DNA from: a virus
Lineage: Duplodnaviria; Caudoviricetes
Virus record (IMG/VR): IMGVR_UViG_3300025502_000100
Location: 1-30,714 of that record
Direction: 5' to 3' (one strand)
Length of the DNA stretch: 30,714 nucleotides
The notes under the pieces are model-generated. The model made no database searches and had not been told where the DNA came from. It saw only the letters and a program-made list of their open reading frames with translations. Of the stretch, positions 9,421 to 16,447 are shown one piece after another (position 1 is the stretch's first letter; the number at the start of each line of letters is the position of its first letter). Made by a program: the position numbers and the translations under genes.

Positions 9421-11010
9421 TTAAAGTCTGTTCAGTCCCTCAACATAGATACGACCGTAGAATTCACCACGAGTCATTTCTTTAGCATATCTAGTCATGA
9501 TACCTCTTCTTGGAGAGAAGTTGGTTGGGTCATAAATAGTAGGAGTCATTATCAATGGAATGTATGGGGCATATACCGCACCACTCTCAAGGAAGTTGTT
9601 TCCTTTATAACCAACTAAGATAGTATTCTCAGTCATGTATGGATTTTTGTAAACAGTGTATCTGTTTGACAGAGACCCTACTTGAGTTACACCTGCTGCA
9701 AATGTCATAGCATCCTTCTCAGGAGTAATATTAAATGCTGGAATTGATTCAAGGATTGTACATACATCAGGAGACGCAACTAAGAAGTTTGCTCCACCTC
9801 TCATTGTCAACTGGTGAATCTTGTTAGATACTTTGTTGATTTTCGTTCCAAGTGTTTGGAACCAAGTATTCTTTTGGTACGCAAGAACGTCAGTTCCTTG
9901 TACAAATTGACGTGCTGTGCTATCAAACTCATATCCTTCTCTCACTGACCAATACTCAGTCGTAACTGCATTTTGAATCAACATGTCAAGAATTTCAAGG
10001 TCAATTTCTGCTGCAATATAGTCAGAAAGAACTGATGTTAATTCTGCCTCTGCATCAATTGAGTGATATGCATTTAAATCCTGTGCAAGTTCAGGTGTCC
10101 ATTGTGCTTTCAACTTACGTGTCTTCGCAACAATTGGTTTAGACTTAACATCTAGATTGATTTCAGGAATGTCAACATTGTCACCATAAGCGCCACCAGT
10201 ATTACCATCTTCAAAGTCACCACGTGATTGATCGGTCGGTTGTACTTGGTATGCAACTTTTATAGCAGTGAAGTCAGCTGTGGCTGATGCTGATACAAAT
10301 AAGATTGCATTCGTACCTTGTACATAGTTAAATGCGTTAAGGTTAGATTGTATAGTAGAACCAGATATTTGGAATGCTCTAATACCATTTACGTCAGGAT
10401 TAGTAAAAGATGCCAACGGCACAGTTACTTTTTTGACTTCGTCGGCTTCCAAAGAGGCAGATAGTGAAGAGTCGTAGTTAACGTCCGCAGTTACTGCTGA
10501 TCCAGTTGTTGTAGTTGCGTTAATAGCAGCTGACAACTTATCATTGATAGAGTATCCAAAACTACCTGCACCATACAGACCGTTTACGGCTGCATCGGTT
10601 GGTACTTCTAAGTCATTTGTTCCAGTACCACCAAATACTGACTTACCATTACGAGAGTCATTTTGATTAGTACCATACTTGTAATCTAGATAGAATACTA
10701 GACCAGACGGTAAGTTCATTGGTTGTACAGAAACAAAGTTCTGTGCAGCAATTTCTCCGAACACACGTCTTACGAGTGGAAGAGCAACTCCTGCCCATTG
10801 TTCTGAGTTTGAGTTAGTTCCTGTACGAGATGCCTCGTCAAGTAATTGCCTTGCTTGGTTTTCAAGCATCATTGCGACTGCACTTTTTTGTTGGTCAGAA
10901 CCTAGTCCTTCTAAAAGGCCAGTTTCTTGCCATTTCGTAACATGCTGTCTAGATACTTCTGAGAGTACCATTCGCTCGTTTGCCGAGTCTAATAAATGTC
11001 CTACATTCAT
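9421..11010 (-). CDS. gp23: Major capsid protein, T4 gp23-like (529 aa)
   Basis: FVSVQPMNLPSGLVFY, AKTRKLKAQWTPELAQDLNAYH, EIDLEIL, YAPYIPL and RGIMTRYA motifs. Confidence 0.95.
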   Translation of the reverse strand: MNVGHLLDSANERMVLSEVSRQHVTKWQETGLLEGLGSDQQKSAVAMMLENQARQLLDEASRTGTNSNSEQWAGVALPLVRRVFGEIAAQNFVSVQPMNLPSGLVFYLDYKYGTNQNDSRNGKSVFGGTGTNDLEVPTDAAVNGLYGAGSFGYSINDKLSAAINATTTTGSAVTADVNYDSSLSASLEADEVKKVTVPLASFTNPDVNGIRAFQISGSTIQSNLNAFNYVQGTNAILFVSASATADFTAIKVAYQVQPTDQSRGDFEDGNTGGAYGDNVDIPEINLDVKSKPIVAKTRKLKAQWTPELAQDLNAYHSIDAEAELTSVLSDYIAAEIDLEILDMLIQNAVTTEYWSVREGYEFDSTARQFVQGTDVLAYQKNTWFQTLGTKINKVSNKIHQLTMRGGANFLVASPDVCTILESIPAFNITPEKDAMTFAAGVTQVGSLSNRYTVYKNPYMTENTILVGYKGNNFLESGAVYAPYIPLIMTPTIYDPTNFSPRRGIMTRYAKEMTRGEFYGRIYVEGLNRL

Positions 11011-11037
11011 TGTGTTATTTATCCTCTTTAAGTTAAA

Positions 11038-12123
11038 TTATTTGTTATATGAAATTAATTTTTTAAACCTGTTGGTCACATCATTACTTTCAGTAATAAT
11101 GTTGTTTATTGGTTTGGTTGATTTCACAACCGATGATGCCAACCCTTCCGTTAAGGAATTGCTTGCTCGTCTATTTGATTTGTTCTTACTAGTACGACCA
11201 CTAGCCAGAGATTCTGACAGAGTTGTATAAATAAGTTTTGCTTCTCTCACAGTTTTTGTTCTGTCGAATGATTCAACAACTTTCATTTTCTGCGAATTAT
11301 CCAAACTATATTTTTTAAATAGTTTAGTGGTGTAAAGCAACTTAGCATTCAACAGGTTTACTTCATTTAACTTAGTGCGGAGGATTTCTATTGCCTCACG
11401 ATGTTCCGTAAGTTCGGAAGATAGTCTTTTATTTTCTGTTGCTAAATGTTTATCTTTTTTTCCATCCGTGCCTATTCCAGACATTGATAAAAGTTCTTCT
11501 AGGTCGATGTCATCTTCGTCTTCATCATCGTCACCTTCTGCAAGTTCATCATCTTCGATGTCATCTTCTTCGGATAGTCCGAGAAGTTCTTCTAAGTCGA
11601 TGTCCAGATCGTCAGATTCACCTTCTTCAAGGTCATCGTCTGCAGTGGCATCTAATTCGTCGTCGTGTTTTTCTTTTAATGACTTTTTAGGTTTACCATA
11701 ACCCTCTCCCATATCGTCATCCATATCGTCATCCATATCGTCATCCATATCGTCATCCATTTCTGACTCTAGTTCAGCAATAATTGACTCAAGATCTAAA
11801 TCAGTATCTTCGTCGTCTTCGTCGTCTTCGTCGTCTGCTTCATCCAACTCAAGATCATCCATGTCATCTGCATCGCTTTCAGTGTTAATCACCGCAGTAT
11901 CTGCATTGGTTGGGTCTTTGATAGTGAAATCATCTTTTTCAGTAATTTCATCTTCTTCATCATCTTCGTCTTCATCGGCAGATTCTGCCTGAATAGATCG
12001 TGCGATCATAGATTTGATTCTAGGTTCAAATGCTTCTTCTAGTGCAAGTTTAGCATTTGCAAGAGCAGTTTCTCTTACTTGACGTGCGTCGTCTAGTGCT
12101 TCTTCAATTAATGTTTTTTTCAT
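11038..12123 (-). CDS. Prohead core / scaffold protein (361 aa)
   Basis: Highly acidic centre, coiled coil LNEVNLLNAKLLY, many xxE sites; lies directly upstream of the capsid gene. Confidence 0.8.
   Translation of the reverse strand: MKKTLIEEALDDARQVRETALANAKLALEEAFEPRIKSMIARSIQAESADEDEDDEEDEITEKDDFTIKDPTNADTAVINTESDADDMDDLELDEADDEDDEDDEDTDLDLESIIAELESEMDDDMDDDMDDDMDDDMGEGYGKPKKSLKEKHDDELDATADDDLEEGESDDLDIDLEELLGLSEEDDIEDDELAEGDDDEDEDDIDLEELLSMSGIGTDGKKDKHLATENKRLSSELTEHREAIEILRTKLNEVNLLNAKLLYTTKLFKKYSLDNSQKMKVVESFDRTKTVREAKLIYTTLSESLASGRTSKNKSNRRASNSLTEGLASSVVKSTKPINNIITESNDVTNRFKKLISYNK
11709..11760. repeat. 12-bp tandem repeat (about 4.3 copies) encoding (MDDD)n in the scaffold
   Basis: CCATATCGTCAT repeated four times plus CCAT. 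Confidence 0.9.
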
Positions 12124-12138
12124 TTTAATTTTATGATG

Positions 12139-12196
12139 TAAAACTAGTGTAGTTTTAATAGGATTATCTGACTCGTTACATTATAAGAATAATGTA
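12139..12196 (-). promoter_or_regulatory. Two-hairpin 5' leader of the scaffold-capsid operon
   Basis: On +: TAAAACTA-GTG-TAGTTTTA (12139-12157) and TACATTAT-AAGA-ATAATGTA (12177-12196), both perfect 8-bp stems. Confidence 0.55.
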
Positions 12197-12214
12197 TTCG
12201 TAATATCTTTTGTA

Positions 12215-12222
12215 TATAAGTA
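12215..12222 (-). promoter_or_regulatory. Putative late promoter variant TACTTATA
   Basis: One mismatch to TATTTATA; the minus strand reads TACTTAT-ATAC. Confidence 0.55.
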
Positions 12223-12225
12223 TAT

Positions 12226-12423
12226 TTAACTTTTATTTAAATTTACTTTTTTCTTAAAATTTGCATCTTTTTTTTCTCTGCGTCTTTTTGTAGTAGGTTT
12301 TTCATAATAACATCTTAATTTATAGTCATCGAGTATTTCAGAACTTCTGACTTCTTTTTTAAATATAGATAGTGCTTTAGCTAAGTTACCACGGACTACA
12401 TTGACGGTTAAATTGACTGACAT
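12226..12423 (-). CDS. rpsU: Phage-encoded ribosomal protein bS21
   Basis: 65 aa, basic: VNVVRGNLAKALSIFKKEV...YYEKPTTKRRREK matches the bS21 pattern. Confidence 0.85.
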   Translation of the reverse strand: MSVNLTVNVVRGNLAKALSIFKKEVRSSEILDDYKLRCYYEKPTTKRRREKKDANFKKKVNLNKS

Positions 12424-12426
12424 ATA

Positions 12427-12783
12427 TTATCTACTAAGTATTGGTTTTGCTTTATTTGCAAGTCTAACGGCAAACGACATTGCAGATTGAAACGTACCAA
12501 ACTTTGCAGGTTTAGTTAATTTTTTTTCCATAACAATGTCACCGATAAATACATGGTAATAACCACCCTTAGATGCGATGTAAAGTGCATTTTGTTTTTT
12601 CTCGTCTATGTAGTATTGAATAACACCAAGTGAGTTAACACCGACCGTACCCTCTACGTCAAGTTTATTATTAATATTGAGTTTCAGCACATCCATCTCA
12701 GTCGATGATACGTCGGTAGTTTGTTCTGATAAAATATTATTTATTTCATCAATTACAATTTTCTTAAGTTCTGATTTTTTCAT
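12427..12783 (-). CDS. Hypothetical protein with a putative capsid-targeting leader (118 aa)
   Basis: Start reassigned to 12783 (MKKSELKKIVIDEINNILSE), 2 nt after the upstream stop; the longer track ORF overlaps the neighbouring gene. Confidence 0.65.
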   Translation of the reverse strand: MKKSELKKIVIDEINNILSEQTTDVSSTEMDVLKLNINNKLDVEGTVGVNSLGVIQYYIDEKKQNALYIASKGGYYHVFIGDIVMEKKLTKPAKFGTFQSAMSFAVRLANKAKPILSR

Positions 12784-12785
12784 AG

Positions 12786-13052
12786 TTATGCTCGTAATAA
12801 TAAGTATACATTGCCGTTTGCCACTGATGATATTGACTCGACTGATAGTTCGTGGACAACTCCAGCATCTAAATCTGATAATGAAATGGTTCCACCATTC
12901 GACAGTGTTACGGTGCCTGTAGCACCTGTCCCACGAATGAGGGCACATACGCCATAGTTTACACCAGTGCAGTCGTATGCACCGGTTGTTATAGTGACAC
13001 TCTTAGCAAACTTGCCAGGATGTCTCAGTCTATTAAATATTTCGTTTGCCAT
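12786..13052 (-). CDS. Small hypothetical protein, possibly virion-associated (88 aa)
   Basis: Gly/Thr/Ser-rich, beta-type composition; tight operon packing. Confidence 0.6.
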   Translation of the reverse strand: MANEIFNRLRHPGKFAKSVTITTGAYDCTGVNYGVCALIRGTGATGTVTLSNGGTISLSDLDAGVVHELSVESISSVANGNVYLLLRA

Positions 13053-13062
13053 AATTTATTTA

Positions 13063-14214
13063 TTAAGATTTTCCTATTTCTGTCATTATCTGCTTGAGGT
13101 ACTCTACACTATCTTTGATATGCGTACTTTGTATCTCAAAATCTTTAATTGCCTTTTCGAATACTTCACTCATTGTAGTTACTAAGTTTGGTGAAGTTTT
13201 TAACATCTTACCCACCCATAATACTGCTTGCATCTCTTGTGGAATCATACCATATTGCTTTGCTAACTTCTGCACGTGCTTTGCTAAGTACGTGTAGTTT
13301 CTATGCTTACCCAGTAATTTATTTTTTTCAGCAGAAGTCAGTTCTGGATAGAATAAACTTGCCATCCATGTATCAATTGTCACAGGAAACCAAGTTTCAC
13401 CAACTAGTCCATCTGGCTTTATAAAGTTCATTGCAAATGATAATACCTTTTCGGCACTTAATATAGCAGAAGATTTTTTTACCATCCCTACGTCAGTATC
13501 CAATGTGTTAGATAATGCACTAAACACATCATTCTCGTTGAATTTATAGTTACTTGCCTTATATAAATCTAATACACGGCATATATTTGGATAATAATTT
13601 GGTAATACTCCAGTATTATGTATATTGGATAAAGATTTAAGGTCTAATAAAGTCTCATCGTTTGCTTTTATGCGTGTATGTAACTCGGCAAAGTTGATAT
13701 TGCCATTCAATACTGCATGCAGTTTGTCAGGATTATTCTCAATATCGTATTTTACTCCATGAAAAAACTTAATAGCTTGTCTAAAGTTTTTTGCTATCGA
13801 ATTCCTTGGAGAAAATGCAGCAAATAACATTAGAAACAAGCACCCATCGGATTCACCCAATGCCGACTTTATATCAAGTCCAAATTGTGTGTACCAATTT
13901 TTTGCATGCATGCCTGCTTGGATATATGAGTCAATCTCATTAATAATTTTTTTACTAACACTCAGTACATAATTACCATCTTCTAATTCGGCAATAGTCA
14001 TGGATGCTGCATTTAATGCAGGTGCTTCTGTTAATTCACCAGTCACGGCAACTTCTAGGTCACCTCCTATGCTAGAAATAATTTTGTTTAACTTATCAAA
14101 CTCATCTACAGAAATCTCAACCGATTCCATGTCTGAACTAGACTGCGAAGATGCCTCATCTATAATACTTGCAAGTTGTTCTCGAATTAAGTCATGTAGT
14201 TCTGTTCTATTCAT
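13063..14214 (-). CDS. Putative DNA-glycosylase-like (HhH-GPD-related, DUF7178-like) protein with an N-terminal leader (383 aa)
   Basis: Ordered motifs NWY, AAFSPRNSIAKN, EKVLSFAMN, VTIDTWM, PQEMQAVLWV; leader MNRTELHDLIREQLASIIDE. Confidence 0.5.
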   Translation of the reverse strand: MNRTELHDLIREQLASIIDEASSQSSSDMESVEISVDEFDKLNKIISSIGGDLEVAVTGELTEAPALNAASMTIAELEDGNYVLSVSKKIINEIDSYIQAGMHAKNWYTQFGLDIKSALGESDGCLFLMLFAAFSPRNSIAKNFRQAIKFFHGVKYDIENNPDKLHAVLNGNINFAELHTRIKANDETLLDLKSLSNIHNTGVLPNYYPNICRVLDLYKASNYKFNENDVFSALSNTLDTDVGMVKKSSAILSAEKVLSFAMNFIKPDGLVGETWFPVTIDTWMASLFYPELTSAEKNKLLGKHRNYTYLAKHVQKLAKQYGMIPQEMQAVLWVGKMLKTSPNLVTTMSEVFEKAIKDFEIQSTHIKDSVEYLKQIMTEIGKS

Positions 14215-14813
14215 GAGACTTCCTTATATTCGATGCCCATTTCCATTATGATTTTAGAAATTAAATCTTCCGTTTTACAATACTTATCACAGACATGAGG
14301 TTTGTCACCTACTGATTCATTCATTTTATTTAGAAATGCACCATGAGTGGACGGATTCGATACGAAGTCAAATGCAATTAGATTGAAGTCGTCTTGGACT
14401 TCTAAAGTATCACCGATTTCATTAACCGATCCCATACCACGTGAGCTAATGCCTAGTCTAATTCCGCAATTAAATAATTCTTTCAAAATATTACCTGCCG
14501 GAGTTGGTAGTATCTCAACGACTCCGACTACATTATCCCCATCCCATCCAATTTCAGTAATGTTATGTGATACGTTTTGTAAATTCACAACCGAACTATC
14601 AGGATGATCTAACTCACCTAGAGCACGTCGTTCTCGGATAAGTTCTCTGTAGTTTTCAACTTCACGAATGAGGATATTCTTTGGATACACTCTACCGTTT
14701 TGATTGATAGCACCTGCTCGTTGTAATACGCCTGACACTAATAATCTACTAGTAGTTGACTCTTGTATGACAGCTTCGAATAAGTTAGTTTCTATTAATA
14801 AATTCTGCTTCAT
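14211..14813 (-). CDS. gp21: Prohead core protease, T4 gp21-like
   Basis: NQNGRVYP, ALGELDHP, GISSRGMGS and DFVSNPS motifs. Start placed at ATG 14813 (MKQNLLIE), in a TAATG overlap with the upstream small ORF. Confidence 0.92.
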   Translation of the reverse strand: MKQNLLIETNLFEAVIQESTTSRLLVSGVLQRAGAINQNGRVYPKNILIREVENYRELIRERRALGELDHPDSSVVNLQNVSHNITEIGWDGDNVVGVVEILPTPAGNILKELFNCGIRLGISSRGMGSVNEIGDTLEVQDDFNLIAFDFVSNPSTHGAFLNKMNESVGDKPHVCDKYCKTEDLISKIIMEMGIEYKEVS

Positions 14814-14989
14814 TATACCCAAACTCCTCTTTTTCTAAATAATGCGAAGAAAACTTCAGCAATTTCTGTTCTAATTAATTTTCTAATGATATCTACATCT
14901 TTCGAAGTAATATCTTCATTTATATAATTAGATACATTTTCTAAAAAAACTTGCTCACTGAGCATTTTATTATTTGTTTTATTCTTCAT
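14813..14989 (-). CDS. Small hypothetical protein (58 aa; below the ORF-track cutoff)
   Basis: Hand translation MKNKTNNKMLSEQVFLENVSNYINEDITSKDVDIIRKLIRTEIAEVFFALFRKRGVWV; fills the gap exactly, with coupled overlaps at both ends. Confidence 0.7.
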   Translation of the reverse strand: MKNKTNNKMLSEQVFLENVSNYINEDITSKDVDIIRKLIRTEIAEVFFALFRKRGVWV

Positions 14990-15497
14990 GTTTAAGTGAT
15001 TGTAGCTGTTCTGTTATACTATGAACTAATTCAGATATAGACTCAATATTTTTTTGTGCACGAGTATGGTATTTCATAGGAGTCAACTCATTTTCGTTCT
15101 TAACTCTACCATACCATCTAAGATATTTGCTAATTTCACGCAGTTGCCTGCGGACGTATGTAGTACCATCTGCAATTTTTCTGTAACTGTTGCGTGTGTC
15201 ATCATTTTTCAACTCCAACCAACGGGTTTCATTGACGGTGTTATTGCCTAGATCAGCATTCGTGTTTAGAAATGGTTCGTTGTACTTATCTTTATCAAAT
15301 TTTTCATTGGTTATTGTATACCCACTCGACTTAATTGTCTTTTTCAACCTACCCATGTCTATTTTACCTGTGGCAGAAAATGCATTCGGTGTACTGTATC
15401 CTGCGACTCCACCACTAGTACTTGCTTCTCGCATGCTACGGTAAACTCGCATAGTTTCTTTAACGATTAATCGAATAAGACTGTTAGTATCATCCAT
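14979..15497 (-). CDS. Hypothetical head-module protein
   Basis: Likely start MDDTNSLIRLIVKE...MRE-ASTSGGVAGYSTPNAF; C-terminal helical region. The track start is 15515. Confidence 0.65.
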   Translation of the reverse strand: MDDTNSLIRLIVKETMRVYRSMREASTSGGVAGYSTPNAFSATGKIDMGRLKKTIKSSGYTITNEKFDKDKYNEPFLNTNADLGNNTVNETRWLELKNDDTRNSYRKIADGTTYVRRQLREISKYLRWYGRVKNENELTPMKYHTRAQKNIESISELVHSITEQLQSLKHEE

Positions 15498-16353
15498 GTA
15501 CTCTCTCCATTTCATCTACCATCTCGTAGTAGTATAATAATGATTGCAGTTGGGGTTCTTTAACGACTTTGCCTGATTTCAACCCAGCAAGCATCGACAT
15601 GCTTTCTTTTAATTTTATAGATGTAACCTTTGAGTCAATTTTAGTTAGATGTGTTTCCAACGAAGCATGAATTGTATCAACTTCTGAGTTAACATACTCT
15701 CTAAGATTGTTAGTATTTGATAGGTTGTTTATATATTCACGCAATAGTTTTTTTTGCTTAGTACCGAGTCCCTTGTATTTCTTATTGAACTTTTCGATCA
15801 ATAACTTATATGCAAGTAATCTAATGTCTTCATCCTCTGCCGAGTATGCTTCATTAACTTGAGCAAGGTCTGTCGTGTCTTCTGATCTTTTTAAGATAAA
15901 GTCTAAAACGGCAGACTCGCATAACTGTAATTGATGCAAATCCGATGTTTCAGTTAATGTATTAGATTCAAAAATTGCATATATCGACCCAAATATTTTA
16001 TAGTTATTAATTGGGGTAGTTAAAAAGTTTTTTATATCGTACTTGGACTTTATTTCTTTAACTAATCGATATTTTTCTTCATTTAACTTTTCACTATTAA
16101 TCTTTTTTCTTGCAACGATAACTTGCGATAGCAAACTCTCAGCTCGTGACTCTTTTTGAAGTTTATTCTTAAGTAATACTTCGTATAATTTATATTCTTT
16201 GTAGAGTTCACTATTTTTGTGAAAAAACTTCCGAATGATATTCAATGAAATATTTTCATTTACATCATCAAGGGTGTCCACTGTGACCTGTCGTGTCAGT
16301 AATTCGAAAAGAATTCCTGTGTTTTTGTACTTACTGTGTTTTATTTTTTTCAT
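15490..16353 (-). CDS. Hypothetical helical head-module protein between portal and protease (287 aa)
   Basis: MKKIKHSKYKNTGILFELLTRQ start; Lys/Glu/Leu-rich; has its own promoter motif. Confidence 0.7.
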   Translation of the reverse strand: MKKIKHSKYKNTGILFELLTRQVTVDTLDDVNENISLNIIRKFFHKNSELYKEYKLYEVLLKNKLQKESRAESLLSQVIVARKKINSEKLNEEKYRLVKEIKSKYDIKNFLTTPINNYKIFGSIYAIFESNTLTETSDLHQLQLCESAVLDFILKRSEDTTDLAQVNEAYSAEDEDIRLLAYKLLIEKFNKKYKGLGTKQKKLLREYINNLSNTNNLREYVNSEVDTIHASLETHLTKIDSKVTSIKLKESMSMLAGLKSGKVVKEPQLQSLLYYYEMVDEMERVHG

Positions 16354-16430
16354 ATAGTGTTTCGTGTCGGTGAAAATCCATTTATCGACTTGGGATGGAT
16401 GAGTAATTGATATATAATAATGTTACTGAT

Positions 16431-16438
16431 TATAAATA
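16431..16438 (-). promoter_or_regulatory. Putative late promoter TATTTATA
   Basis: Motif just downstream of the portal stop, 77 nt upstream of ATG 16353. Confidence 0.65.
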
Positions 16439-16447
16439 TAACCTTAA

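Noticed and set aside
12784-12948. N-terminal extension of the 173-aa track ORF
   Set aside because: It overlaps the 88-aa gene in another frame and has atypical composition; ATG 12783 fits better.
16365-16400. Imperfect hairpin upstream of the 287-aa gene
   Set aside because: Pairing relies on G-T pairs valid only on the non-coding strand; no terminator or other feature is supported.
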